Below, piece after piece: positions 11,866 through 25,391 of a stretch of DNA of 64,000 nucleotides. Both the position numbers and the translations under genes were made by a program. The DNA comes from Eledone cirrhosa (Eukaryota): NCBI GenBank assembly GCA_964016885.1, contig OZ024740.1:54622001-54686000 (forward strand), given 5' to 3'. The notes under the pieces were generated by a model that was not told the origin of the DNA, searched no databases, and saw only the letters and a list, made by a program, of their open reading frames with translations. Each line of letters starts with the position of its first letter. Positions within the stretch are counted from its first letter, which is position 1.

Positions 11866-14800
11866 TTACAGATATATACTCAGAGTAGGCCCATTCACTC
11901 GGGCCATTCTTGCTTCTCTCACCCATCTTTCAACAAAATGCTGGGAAGAGAGCACTTCCCTCTCTACTCTGATTTTCCTTTTCAAGTGAAATTTGAAAAA
12001 GTCAATCAGAGCATCACCGAAGAGGTAAGTGCTCGTCTTCAGCCATTTCAAACGTGTCCACCATACTATCTCTTTCGCCATGGCCACCAGACAGATAAAA
12101 ACTGCCTGCCCTTCCCGGCTAAAGGAGGAGGGCGGTGCATCCTCACGATGGACTCAGATGATAGCCGGATCCGTCCTAAACGCGACAGCAGGTGTTCGAC
12201 ATAAACCCACAAGTCAGCAATTTTCGGACACTGGACGAGTGCGTTCAGGACGGTTTCGTCGCCCTGCGCGCATCTCGGACATGCCCGGCTGACGGCACCT
12301 CCATTCCTGTAGAGTTTATCCCGAACTGGCAAGGCTCCTCGGTAGCACTGCCAGGCCAGAGATTTCTGGATGTTGTCCATAGGCCCCGGCCCGAACGTTC
12401 TTCCGAAAAGATTGGCTAGTTGATTTTCGTCGACGCCTAGAGTTTCCCCAAGTACGTCGTCGCTCTTCCCCTCCACTAATCCTCTATAGAACGCCGAGGT
12501 GGAGTTTCCACCGATCACATTGCCCGATTGGTCGAGGGCTGTGAGCACCTGAAGACATTCCAGTCTCCAGGCGCTCCCTCTCGGTCTTCGCTTGACCCGG
12601 GACAGCAGCTCCGTCAAGGAAACGAGCTGGGGAAATACGTGTCTAGCAAACGGCGACCACACCTGATCACCGTCGAGGAAGAGGTGGAGGTGTCGTAGCC
12701 TGAGCGCGTGCCTGCGCATCATCAGCCACGGCATGCCCAGCCCTCCACGTAGCGGGTGTTGACAACAGATGGACCGCCTGACCATCGGAGCGCGTCCCTT
12801 CCACAAAAAGCGAAAGAGCAAACGCTCCAGCGCAGTCAGGCGAGGCTTAGGACAAGGTACGACGGTCAGGCGGTAGCAGATGACAGACGCGATGTACGCG
12901 TTAGCCACCTCCGCTCGACCTTTCAGGGTAGCTTCCTCTCCGCCCATTTCTGGGTGAGAGAAGCCACCCTGCTCGTCACCTCGTCCCAGTTTTTTCCGTC
13001 TGGAGGTCCGGACCGAACCAGACCCCTAGCAATTTAACCGGTCCGTCCGTCCAGCGTCCGACGACGCTGTTGGACGGCAGGGACCTACCTCTCCAGGTGC
13101 CGAGCTGCAGGCCCACTGACTTTTCCTGGTTGATCATTGCTCCTGTCACCGCTTCGTATTCTCTTAGTGTAGTGCCGATCGCCTCGATGTGTTAGGCAAT
13201 CGTCCGCATATGCTGACACGGATCTTCCGCATCCTAGTTCGCGCGGGACCCCCGTCAAAGGCTCCAGTTTGTGCAGTAATGGCTCGAGAGTCAATACATA
13301 AAACAGGGACGAGAGGAGACATCCTTGGCGGACCCAGCGCTTGATGTTGAACGGTTCCGAAAGGTGACCGTTCACTCTTACCACAGAGCAGATGTCGCTG
13401 TGCATGGCAGCGATCCAGCCTCTGAAGACGGGCCCAAAGCCAGCCGCCCTCAGGACTGCCGCTAGGTAACGATGGTCGACTCTATCGAAAGCTTTCGACT
13501 GATCTAAATTGATCAAGGACCCACCCGTGCCAGGTTCCCTAGCTACCCTCTCTACGATGTATCGCAAGAGGTGGAGCTTGTCGTGGATGGATCTGTCGGG
13601 AATGGCGCATGTCTGCGTCTCTCCCACCAGACCACCAACGATAAGCGCCAACCTCTTTGCTAGCACCTTGGCCAAAATATTGAACACAGTATTTAGCAGA
13701 GTTATGGGCCAGATTATCTATGTTATCCCCCTTGTTCGGATCCTTTCTCAGCAGCGCCACAGCTCCTCGGCTCACAGATCTGGGAATTCTCCCGTTCTGT
13801 TGCCAGTTGCAGTTGACGTCCGCCAAGAGGCCTCCGAACAAGTCTGGCATCTGTACGTAAAGTTCATAGGGCAGACCATCCAAACCAGGCGATTTACCAC
13901 TTGTGCAGCTAGTCATTGCCTCCCGTACTTCAGCGGCTGTTATCGGCTTTTCGCAACACTCCGCCTCAGTGGCCGAGAGCCGCAGCAGTCCGTCGAGGTA
14001 GACACTAATGTCCATCCCTCAATCCAGCCCACCGCTTCCCCCGAACAACTGAGCGAAGTGTCGCTGAAAAGCGTCACACATTTGCGCGGGATCGAGTAGC
14101 ATGCGCCAGTCGTGGTCCACCATAAACCGGATCGTGGCTTTGTTGCCACGATGCGCCTCCGCCACTCGGGCCCATTGAACGGCTTTCGTCCCCTCGTGTC
14201 TGAGAGTACGCACTCTAGCTCTGACAACGCAGCCTTCGTGCTTTGCATTGAAGAATTGGTCAAGGACCAATTTCGCCGCAAGTACGTCGGTCGCGATGCC
14301 TTTGCTAAGCGCCTCGTCTAATTTTCTAACTAATCCTCTGCTCTATTTTTCTCTATTGCTAAAGCCTTACTAAACCTAATGGACTCTATTCTAATTGCTC
14401 TTTTCAGAGCAAACCACCACTTGTTGTTAACGATGGCCCCCGTCAACGCCCGCAATCTAGTTCGCTAATAGGTCTCTGTAGGCCTTGCGCGCTGGTAAGG
14501 ACGCGTTTAGCTTCCAGTAGCCGGGTCCTCGTCTATGAAGCCTATCTAAGTCAAGCACACAGATCACGAATGTGTGGTCCGTGTAGCTGACTATCTTCAA
14601 TTGTGGACAGCCTATGCTAGACCTATCTATTTCTCTACAAAACACTCTATCTAGATATAATCTGGATGACCCTATACGATTTGTCCAAGTCCACATTGGC
14701 ACATTCGGGAAATCCAATCGGTACCTGACAGACAGTTCAAAACTCCTGAGCAGGTTGATGAGGCTCTTGCACCTTCCTCCCTTATCCGCTAATCCCACAC

Positions 14801-15068
14801 GTCCCAGCGTACATCTAAGATGCCGTTCCAGTCGCCCACTAACACTAAAGAGCGGGACGTTCCAAGAAAGGTCTCCAGACGCCGGAAGAAATCAGGCTGC
14901 CCTGCTCCTGTCGGGGCATAGACGGCCACTAGCCTGAAAGCTTGCCCATCTCCGCTGGTCATGTCTAGCATCTATGTTTAGTGACCTGAGGTCGTTGAGC
15001 AGGTGGCTCTGCTTCCATGACGACCCCAAGCCACGCGCATTTATGCTGCCTATTATGAGTGAGGTCAT
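11866..15068 (-). pseudogene. Tx1-type ORF2 (APE endonuclease + reverse transcriptase), frameshifted
   Basis: Starts MTSLIIGSINARGL. Motifs AVYAP, LVGDWN, LDRVF, YTDH, GYWKLN, KSPGLDGLPYE, LDQSKAFDRVDH, VRQGCLLS, AYADD and CPRC..ETVLNALVQCP. Several frameshifts and a deletion in the APE. Confidence 0.9.
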
Positions 15069-15132
15069 GTTGAAATGGAGTGGAAAAGATGGGAAAGACC
15101 ACTTACCTTACTTCTCGTAGAGGAAGGATGGT

Positions 15133-16697
15133 TTATCCATCCTTTTCACTGCTTGTGGCCTCCTCCGGAAGGATGTCCTTATAAATCCTCCTGGAGAATG
15201 TTTGTCGGAAATCTCCGATGTCTTTGGGGAATTTTTGTTTTAGTGTCGTGTACGTTTTCTGTGTGATGCGAGTGATTTGTATGTGTGGAGGTGGTGTGAA
15301 CTTTTGGGTTGTTGTGTAGTCTGTTTCTGTGATGCTGGTGTTGTGTTGCATGTAGTGTAATAATTGGTTGTTGTTCAAATGTAATGCTGTGTAGTGTGTA
15401 TCGTTTTGGTGGTTTTGCTTTGTTTGCGTTTGTTGTGGGTTGTTCCTGTTACGCTTTTTGGTGAATTTTGTGGAGTTGGGGTTAATGATGGTGATGGTGT
15501 TGGTGTTTGTGGTGATGGGGTTGGTGTTTGAGGTGATGGGGTTGGTGATGCTGGTGTGGATGGTGGCATATCTGTCCTAACATTTTTGTTTCCCTCTGTA
15601 TTTTGATTTTGGAGGGCGAACGAAGAGAATTTTTTTTTTTTTTGGTTTCTTCTTTTCTTTTTTCCTGATACCGTTTCCCACTCCTCGTCGTCACAATCTG
15701 TCTCCAGTTGCGATAAGCCGGGGAGTGGAAAATCCTCCACAGGCGTTGGTTTTGGTTGTGGCGTGGTGGATGGTGTAGGCGCTGGTGCTAGTTCTGGCGC
15801 GTTGGGTGGTGATGGTGTTGGGTTTGCTACTGTTGCTGGGGTTGTTGCTGTTACGGTTGCTTCTGTTGTTGCTGCTACAGTTGTTGCTGCCATTTCTGCT
15901 GCTGGTGGTGTTGATGGTTGAGTCACTGGGGTGGGTAAGAGATATGGCCTCAAACTTTTAGCCTGAGGGCAGAAAGCCCTTAGGTGGGTTCCTTCACCAC
16001 GAACGACACACCTAGGTCTTCTCCTCTCGACGATTACGGTGAGGTGGCTGCCGTCAGTGAGGTCTATTACCGCTGGGATCTCCTTAATGCTGTTTTGGTC
16101 CGCTTAGATCAGGAGCTTCATCCCAGATCCGGACCAGTTCTCCTGCTTTTCTTTCGCTATTTCAATTATCTTGGTGTTGGCCTCGATGCCGGCGAGGACG
16201 GCAGCCATTAGCCAGGGAATTTCGATGGCCGGTGGAACGTGGGTCACCCTGATCTTCAGAAGTTTCTGGCCACAATAGCTTGGGACGAGTGTGAAGTCGT
16301 CACTTCTTAATGGGGCCATGGAGTGTTCTCTGGCCTTCTGTGGTGTTTCAAAGAACACGTCCACGGTTCCAGACTTCTGATGTGGGTTTTTTTGCCCACA
16401 CATGTCCCAAAGCTTTTTGGATTTTGGACTCGGATGCCCGTTCCACTCGGCGCGATTTTATGTTAATTGTCCGATAACACACGGTGCATAGGCGACGTTG
16501 CTCCATTTAGGTGTGTGGGGGGGGGGGGTGAGGATGACCATGTACCCATCTTTCTTTACCATTCTTTTGGCTTCTTCTAATTCCTCCTGAGTTACCTGGA
16601 TCGCTTCGCACGTTTTTGCTACTCTGGCAAAACTCAGGGTAGTTTTCAAGGCCCCAATATTTGTGAGTGTCCTTTTCAGAAATCCATGTATGTGCAC
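15133..16697 (-). pseudogene. Tx1-type ORF1 (gag-like, degenerate zinc knuckle, Thr/Pro-rich tail)
   Basis: ORF pieces 16458-16697, 16104-16403, 15375-15953 and 15133-15378. GRRPRCVVRGEGTHLRAFC at 15969-16010 is CX2CX4HX4C with the second Cys changed to Arg. Confidence 0.75.
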
Positions 16698-16805
16698 TTA
16701 TATACAGTTAACAATAAAAATTTTCCATAAATGGCAATTTTAAACAACTGAAAATAACAAACATTTGCGGAGCTCACGATGATACGATTTACTACGTAGG
16801 TCGTC

Positions 16806-16851
<46 letters not shown>

Positions 16852-17193
16852 TTTATAGTTATGTATATACTATATACATCTATGAATAGGAAAGGTCAGT
16901 CATTTATTACTACCTTATTACCAGCAAGAAAAATAGCTCAATGTAAATACATCAGATGTTTTACATAGCAGGAAAATAAATTATAAATTACACAATAATC
17001 AAAGTTATGTTCAATTCAATAGGAAATTATATTAACAAATATTGCTAGTGCTCCTTTGACACCAAACCAATGTTGGAAGAAACGATTGTCATGAAATGAT
17101 TTGAATATAACTTTGATTATTGTGTAATTTATATAAGCATATATATATATATATATATATAAGAAAACATTCGCTCTACATGGTTGAATACAA

Positions 17194-17956
17194 TAAATGT
17201 AATTTGAATTTTTCGAATATTAATAATTGTTTCTACTTTAAGCACAAGGCCAGCAATTACCCAGTGCATTACTGGTACTTTATTTTATCGATCCTGTAAG
17301 GATGAAAGCAAAGTCAACCTCGGCGGGATTTGAACTCAGATCGTAAAGGGACGTAACTATGCTGGAATGGATGGGGTCCGACCCTCCATCGATACTGCCA
17401 ATCCACCGCCCTAATATTTTCGAATAGTAATAATAACATTTGATTCGTTTGAAATTATGCAAACAAGACTCAATTTTATAGCCATGTCAGTAGAATGAAC
17501 CCTTAATTCTTGCTCTTGTGTTGGCATGTGAACAGAACTGCAGACACTAATGTTTCTGCGTATCACCCTTCATCATTTCAACTCACTGTTCACCTTCCAA
17601 ACTGTCAGAGCTAGTGAAAATATATGCTATTTTCAAAAATACACAGTGACTGCTAATATGCAGATCTGACTGATCAGCCAGTCTGCTAATAAGCAAATCA
17701 GGCCAATCAGTCACTGTGTATTTTTGAAAATAGCATATATTTTCACTAGTTCTGACAGTTTGGCAGGTGAACAGTCAGCTGTACAGATGAAGGGTGATAC
17801 CCAGAAACATTAGTGTCTGCGGTTCTGTTTATATGCCAACAAAAGAGCAAGTATGAAGGGTTCATTCTACTGACATGGTTATAAAATTGAGGCATGTTGC
17901 ATAATTGCAAACGAATCGAATGTTATTATTAATATTCGAAAAACTCAGATTATATT

Positions 17957-17958
<2 letters not shown>
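17194..17958. repeat. Long imperfect palindrome (foldback/MITE-like), left arm interrupted by a SINE
   Basis: 17417-17652 pairs with 17708-~17943, and 17194-17227 pairs with the right end. Spacer is ~55 bp. Confidence 0.85.
17228..17410 (-). mobile_element. Full-length SINE with ~18-bp target-site duplication
   Basis: Box A/B, core and tail present. TTTTCGAATA(T/G)TAATAAT at 17210-17227 and 17417-17434. Confidence 0.85.
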
Positions 17959-17987
<29 letters not shown>

Positions 17988-18038
17988 TGTTTCAGAAGCT
18001 CCCGTTAAGGGTGAAAGCAGCGATTCTTTGCTTAAACA
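17988..18038 (+). ncRNA. Hammerhead-like motif, PLE family C terminal fragment (17985-18140)
   Basis: Stem I TGTTT/AAACA versus AGTTT/AAACT at 40065 (compensatory), core CAGAAGC, stem II CCC/GGG, GAAA, stem III AGCA/TGCT. Confidence 0.6.
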
Positions 18039-18136
18039 TTAGTCTGTTATTTTAATAAATATTTACTCTAGGGTTCTTCTATATTTGATATATATTCATC
18101 CTTATCGAGCCCTCTTTGGATTATAGCCTTCACATT

Positions 18137-18217
<81 letters not shown>

Positions 18218-18289
18218 TATGTATGTATGTGTATGTGTGTGTATGTGTGTGTGTGTGCATATGTGTGTGTATGATAAAGTTCTAAATCA

Positions 18290-18660
18290 ATATACGATGA
18301 TATATTGTAAGACAATAGACCTAGGCAGGGTGAAAACGTAAAAGTATTCACAATTTGAATCAATTGAATTAGACAGTATTTTCGTTGTTTAACTCATCAG
18401 GCTGTCAGAACGTAGATATCTTCCTATAGGCATGTATAGTGTTGTTTTGGGATAATAGGATAATCAGCGATTAATTATACGCCAAAAATCAACAAATTCT
18501 GAATTAACAGCTCTCATCAGCAAGCTAGTCTATTAGAAGAATCCACAAATATCGACTACTAAGTTTTCGTGTCGATATTGGTAGCCCATCTGTTAGAATT
18601 AAGCTTGCTTCAAATTAATCAACAGGACACAGAAAGCTGATTGGAATATGTCTGTAGTTC
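18290..18660 (-). mobile_element. Old PLE-like 3' fragment with degenerate HHR at 18372-18406
   Basis: Minus strand GACAGC-CTGATGA-GTT(AAAC)AAC-GAAA-ATA-CTGTC. The upstream EASLILTD resembles the end of a GIY-YIG domain. Confidence 0.4.
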
Positions 18661-18701
18661 TAAATATAGCCGTACCACTTCGCCAAAGGAAGCACTCGAC
18701 C

Positions 18702-18772
<71 letters not shown>

Positions 18773-18899
18773 GTGTCTGCGTGTGTATATATATGTGTAT
18801 GAGTGTGTGTGATTGCGTGGATGGGATCGGGAATTTTCCGGGCAAGAACTAAAAAGTTACACTAGTGCTCCAATGAATAATACAATACATATAGAATAC

Positions 18900-20050
18900 A
18901 TGAAATAAATTATTCCTAATGTGTGAAGTCTATGGAGCAGCATCATCTCTTCGAAATATTCCATTGAGAAACGTAAACAGAGAGATCCATCTTTAATGCC
19001 TTTGAGAAAACATGGAAATCTTCTCACAGAAAGCCTTTCTATTCCGCGGGTGACTTCGTTTGAATTTCATTGCTCCTCTTGATGTCTTGCTTTTCAAGTG
19101 AAATGTTTCCTCTAAATCGTCAAGCATATGTTTCCCTTATCTTTGACATTTTACTAGTGAATAGTTGCCTGGGTTGAATTTGTCATCATCTAGAACTTGT
19201 GATTTACGCAATCGAACGAGGAAAAGGGTTTACGATTCAAGGAGCATATCATCGCTACTGTGGAAGGTGACTATAACAGACATGATACTAAACCGGCCAC
19301 ATAGAGTTTTCTTCTTGTGATATCGATAAAAGCGGCGTTTCGAGCGAATCGACATGCACTGTAGTAGTAAGAGAGCATGTGAAATACGAATTCGTTGGCT
19401 CTACAACCGCATTCGTTATGCTCACACTCCCGGGTGAATATGCTCCTGTTCCCTCCGATACCGCTGCACTTATAACATATAGCACCGCTCGGTGAGTTAG
19501 ATCAGAGGCAGGCTAGATGGATATGGTCTAGGGAAGATACGATGCACTTGTAAAATGGACTTGAGTCATCCCAGTTAATTATTGGCAGTAAAGCCATTCT
19601 CAATTCAAATAGCTACAGATATCCAACTTTACCACGAGGTGATGTGTCTATTTGAATATTCCACTGTAATGTTTGTCAATTGAGCAGCAATCTAACATTT
19701 TAATTTAACCTCTACGCTGAGTTCAACTGGGCATTTTGTCTTGCTGAGGACCGCCCTCCCACTACTGATGTGTCTACTACGAGGAGCGGGATGACTACGT
19801 CACTCATATTCAAGACAGTTGCTTTGTCTGTGTTGAAATGATTTTGTGTATAGTGTGGGAGACTATTTTTCAGAGTAGTAATCTACCGAAGCAGACGTAG
19901 TCAGTGGAGTGTGTCGAATTTATATCTCTAAGGTGACCATGTAGCAAGCAAACTACCAGTGCAACTCTACTACCGGGTTAGGATTTCAGAACAATTAGCA
20001 TATCCTCTTTGGAGGTGGACAAGTATATATATATCTGATACTGACCAGAA
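18900..20050 (-). pseudogene. Possible degraded gag-like/ORF1 relic of a retroelement
   Basis: GC-richer block. Minus strand shows PRPYP...RCY and CYKC near 19465-19545, resembling a zinc-knuckle context, but it is heavily interrupted. Confidence 0.25.
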
Positions 20051-22279
20051 TATGACAGGTGCATGTGAAAATAAATATTCTGTAAAAATGTCATTTGGTG
20101 TTGGTAAATTGAATTTACTGATATTTTGGAAAGTCTGAAGCAGAAAGAACTCTATTGTGCATGAAGAATTTGTTAAACAGAATATCTATATTATTTGATT
20201 ACCACAGTCTTTTTTCGTTTATCCATAAGTTAAATTTTGTCATACATTTTCTTAGCTATTCAATAAGCATCACCTCGCTAATTCTTGCTATGTAAAAATA
20301 ATATTGTATTGTTACAGTCTAAAGGTGAATGAAAGCTGTACCTCAACAATCAAACATATAAAACAGAAGCCAACTGATTTTTAAGAGATTAAATTCACAT
20401 TAAATATACAAACACATACCCACTCACACAGACCTGCAAGGCAGAGGTGATAAGATATGAAGCAGATATCAGTCCAAATAAAACGGACTGCTACATCGGT
20501 AAATTAAGAAACAGAGAAAAAAGGAATACATAAGCACTATGAAATTACATACAGAATATAATGAAATAACAACTGGTGGTGAAGATAGTGTATTCATACG
20601 TGTAAAATGTGCTGAGAATGGGCTGATTATGAATACCATGTGGACATAAGGAATTCCCTTAATATTTGACATCATATTTTACGTCATATTATTTTCTTAC
20701 CGATATGAGGAAACTTCAGAATCTTTTCATTAAACCTTTTACTGTTGTTTCTTGTAACAGTTCCTAGTCGTAAACGGGACAAAATCATTGTAAAATATTT
20801 GTCTGCACGCGAGGATCATTTATCTATTTTATTTATATTGTTTAACAGAATATAATGAATATCATGCAATATTAATTGTTGCTAAGGCATACTATTTTGT
20901 GATTTACCTATTGCAGCACAATCTGGTTATATAAGAATTACATATACGTAATTTGTGGTTTTCTTATTTAGTTGATGCTGCTGGTATGTCGTTGAAACGC
21001 CCCTAGGATACTTAGATAAAAGATGTTCGAGATGTGGGCTTACAGTCATTTTTGTATAACCAGAATTATTATCGAATGCGACCGTGTAGACACTCACTCG
21101 TTTACTTGAGATTTTAATAGTTGTTATTGTTTACCCCAGTGCAGACCTGACTTATTTCATCTAATGTAGCAGACCTATAATCACAGACATTTGAGCATTT
21201 GCCACCCAATTCATTTTGTACATAGTCTACCTGGGTCTACGTTGTCGAATGACGTCTTTTAATGCAGCAAATTCTAACTTGAGGGATATATGACTAACTT
21301 TTTTCCTTGCAGTTATATAACAACTATAGTAGTTACTTCCATTGCCACGTGAGGTGCAGTTTTTTTTTTTTTAACTTCATCTCTGACAGGAGATTCACCC
21401 CTTATTTCAAAGAGTCACTCTAGGATTACATTGCCCCATATATACTTAGTGTGTAACTTAAATTAAATTCGACTGATATTTCAGATGGCGAAGTAGTTAG
21501 CTAGACATGCTATCGTAGATGTAGTCTGCATTAGTAAAGATTCAAAACCAAACTTAAATGTCATGGAGAAAGTCATTATACATTCTACTGATATCTCTAA
21601 TAGGTTAGCAATCGTCGAAATATAAACAAGATTTATGATTTTATAATTTGATGTTTCGTTTATAGCACAGAAATTTACTTCATGCGCTCCTTCCAGCAAT
21701 ATCAATACTTTCACGTTCCTATAATTTGACTATCATCTGCCTTCTTAAAATATTTGTTAGTCACAACACTTTAGCGAAAATATGTTGAATCTCGTCGTAT
21801 TTATATTCTTTAGCAAAATTTCTGCTTAATAGCCATAACATATTTTATTTCTTTATATCAGTATATCTGTACACATATTTATTAGAATTTGACCATTAGT
21901 GTGCATTGCAAGTTTGCGAACATATATCGTTCATTAGAAAGGAAAACGTTGTGGCAGTAAATAGTGAAGTCTTCAACATAAATATATAATACTACATGTC
22001 ATACTATGTACGCTTGTATTTTATTCTTTGCAAATACGATTGAGACAAAGCATACACATAGTTATATAATATAACTAATAATTCTTTATTGTTCTCAAGA
22101 TGCTAGGCGATGTTTAAGCAACACACAAACATGTTTCTAAGAATATGAGTTATAGAAAGTTTTCATTGATCATAACAGTAGATCAGTTAACGTTTGTATG
22201 GTTAAGACATTTGGTTTGCAGTCCCTTGGTTCTAAGTCATAGCCGCGGGTTTACAAACAATTTTAGACAAAAACAGGAA

Positions 22280-22410
<131 letters not shown>

Positions 22411-22432
22411 ATAGATATATATATATATATAG

Positions 22433-22506
22433 ACTTCCCTGAAGACGGAATGTTTCTTCTTCTGAAAATATATTTACTCCATTCCAGAAACTAATTAGTT
22501 GGAAGT
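22433..22506 (+). ncRNA. Type I hammerhead ribozyme, family D (canonical core)
   Basis: ACTTCC-CTGAAGA-C-GGAATG...CATTCC-A-GAAA-CTAATTAG-TT-GGAAGT. Confidence 0.85.
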
Positions 22507-22946
22507 GATATTTTAGTAAGTAAGTTAATTTTATAATTTTCTTATTTTACGTCTCTCATATTATTGTTCTGCAACCCCATGCATTGAACCACAATGTTAT
22601 TAAGACAAAACCTATATATTTGCTAGCATCGATATGCATCTGTATGTATATATATGTTACTAGATATGAATTCTTTATAATTATCTCCAAATTATTTGTC
22701 GAGCAATATTGGCCTTGACTGCTGCTATGGTAGTAGGCAGGCCGCTGTCTTAATAGCAAACCACTTTCCACTGATTGACCTCGATGTCACGTGTTTGATT
22801 CTTTTTGAATGTGCCACAGACGCAGAGGCAGTGATTTTCTCAATGGCTAGGAATTCAGTCCACGCTTCGCTATTTCCTATCCACTGAATTATTTTTTAAT
22901 AAGTTTCCAGAGTCCTCGCTTTGCCTGGAAATTTATACGAGAATAG

Positions 22947-23028
22947 ACTTCCCTGACGACGGAATGTTTCTCAATATCTTATTCGGAAAATATATTTACT
23001 CCATTCCAGGAACTAATTAGTTGGAAGT
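22947..23028 (+). ncRNA. Type I hammerhead ribozyme, family D (GAAA changed to GGAA)
   Basis: ACTTCC-CTGACGA...CATTCC-A-GGAA-CTAATTAG-TT-GGAAGT. Confidence 0.7.
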
Positions 23029-23073
23029 GATATTTTAGTAAGTAAGTTAATTTTATAATTTTCTTATTTTACG

Positions 23074-23233
<160 letters not shown>

Positions 23234-23656
23234 AAAAATCCAGCTCCGACAAAGCTGTATATATACCAGTATGTGAATTTCGAATCTCGAATGATATACG
23301 ATGTGTTTAATAGATAAATAAAATTCACGATGTCGGATGAAAAATTTAAATTCTACTTTTAAGCTGAGCCAGCATATGAAGCTCCATATGCAAATGAGGT
23401 TGATTAGCACATCTACACAGGCAGAAATACTATATATTTTCGTCGGTTTCATGTTCCAGGAGAGAGCAGGTGAAGTTCTGTCCTGATGGCGGCCACAGCC
23501 AGAAAAGTACATTGAGAGTTGTACCCCGCTACTTCAGCTTGACTCCTCTAGACGGCGTTAGCCGTCAGCATTTAAATATTCATAGCTAGAAGCCTTTCCA
23601 AATGTTTATTTATTACGAATATCGTATATCATTAGGTATACGAAATTCACATACAT

Positions 23657-23746
<90 letters not shown>

Positions 23747-24629
23747 ATGTGAGTGGGATTGCATGTGAGGATGTATATGAATAACAGATATACGTATAAA
23801 ACAGATATATATCTTCGTTCAAAGGCAGTCATCGGAGTGTAATTTCTTAAACCAAAAGAGCGTATAAAAAAATTATTTCGAAAACATTTCAGATAATTCT
23901 TAAATATCTGTCACATATGTGAATAATATTGGATATTTATATATTGGAGCAACTTAGTAAGCCGTTTCAAAAGTCTTTATGTTGACATTTTAGGAAGCTG
24001 AATGAAGAAATTTACCACAACGAACAAATACATCGTGGAAAACGTTGAAGTGGACAGCTTCATCTGATAAAAAGAGCAAGGTAAAAATTTCCAGTTCAAA
24101 ATTTTATTCCTAAAAAATATTTCTCTCTTTAACCCCAATATTTAGAACATATTTCTCCTGTTTATTTGCATTTCATTACGTTCTGTAGTGTGGTTTCCTC
24201 ATTGGATTCAGTTAAGTGAAGAAAGAGGACAATATACTACAGGCTAGATCCAAAATATCGTCATAAATAAAAAGTTGTTAAGGTGTGCAACCTCTAAATA
24301 TTATTCGATTCACCTATAATTCTGGATTCTTCGCCTAAGCGACGAATTGTGTACGTTGACGAAAGCTTTATGAACATATTAGAGCCATTGAAAACGATGA
24401 AGAGTCTGAAGAAGAAATCATTGATTGGGAAAGTGACACTTCAGGCAGTAGTGATGAAGATAACTTCAATAAATGATAAAATACACTTCTTATGACCCGG
24501 CTTTCTTTTATTTCCCCTAAAATCGAAAAACGTTCATAACTTTTCAGCCGGAATAGCAAAACTTCCGCAGTAGAGTTTACTCTACTCGCCAAAGCTATAT
24601 TCATCTACCATTAACATCAAAGAATTGTA

Positions 24630-24896
24630 TCAAAAACAATATGGTGTAGGACAGAACAAATGAGGGACATACAATAAAAACCTAGTCACAGAATGTGTGA
24701 CGAAAGAGCTTTCATCATATATAAAGAACCATCCGGTTATCAAACCAACCAACCACAAGGAAATTAATAATAAATTGCTTTGAAAACCGAGAGGTGCGGG
24801 TGTTTTTATTGGAAGCATGACCCACCGAAGTTATAGTAATATCTATTTCGACACACGTTTTCAGATAAGAAAACTTGCAAAATAAATTCAAAAACG

Positions 24897-24900
<4 letters not shown>
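24630..24900 (+). mobile_element. PLE family A 3' fragment, diverged
   Basis: Homologous to the reverse complement of ~5500-5815. Retains only the GTCACA..TGTGAC-GAAA-GAGCTT half of the HHR. Confidence 0.75.
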
Positions 24901-24931
<31 letters not shown>

Positions 24932-25058
24932 CATCTATATATTATCGCAACACTCCATGGAAAGTTTCACACATCGGTCTGCTCTGTAGCTCTCATCATC
25001 TTGAAATAATTCAAACGAACGAAATTCTGTATGAAATTATATATATATATATATATAT

Positions 25059-25186
25059 ATAGGAACGAGTAGGACCCCGGCGGCTGAGCTCAAGCCGTTT
25101 CGACGGCTGATTCTGGACTAAATTTAGTCCAGAATTAGCCGTCGAAACGGCTTGAGCTCAGCCGTCGGGGTCCTACTCGTTCCTAT
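25059..25186. repeat. 128-bp spacerless palindrome containing the 3' half of a hammerhead
   Basis: Centre CTAAATTTAG, only two G-T pairs. The right arm contains GAAA-CGGCT..AGCCG-TC. Confidence 0.95.
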
Positions 25187-25263
25187 TACCCACTCTACTA
25201 CCCTAAGTATTGAGTACTCTGGTGCGTTATGGTCCACCTGGTTCCTTACCACATTTCCTTCGT

Positions 25264-25307
<44 letters not shown>

Positions 25308-25391
25308 AAAGCTAAACAGAAATAATAACTTAATCGGTACAGTATATGGAATGGATATATTAGGTTAACGCTTGATATAGCAGGAACAGGG

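Larger units (their letters stand above)
11615..16805 (-). mobile_element. Tx1/L1-type LINE, near full length, inserted in (TAA)n
   Basis: ORF1 plus ORF2 (APE, RT, C-terminal Cys-His domain), a U-rich 3' UTR ending AATAAAGAAATCA, and (TAA)n on both sides (11585-11614, 16806-16851). Confidence 0.92.

Noticed and set aside
19288-19485. Tubulin-like AVVEPTNS peptide
   Set aside because: Only a few residues match and no other tubulin motifs are present, so it is likely chance.
23478-23530. Hammerhead-like CTGATGG-GGC/GCC-GAAA-GTACA/TGTAC
   Set aside because: A9 is changed and there is no UH site or stem I partner.
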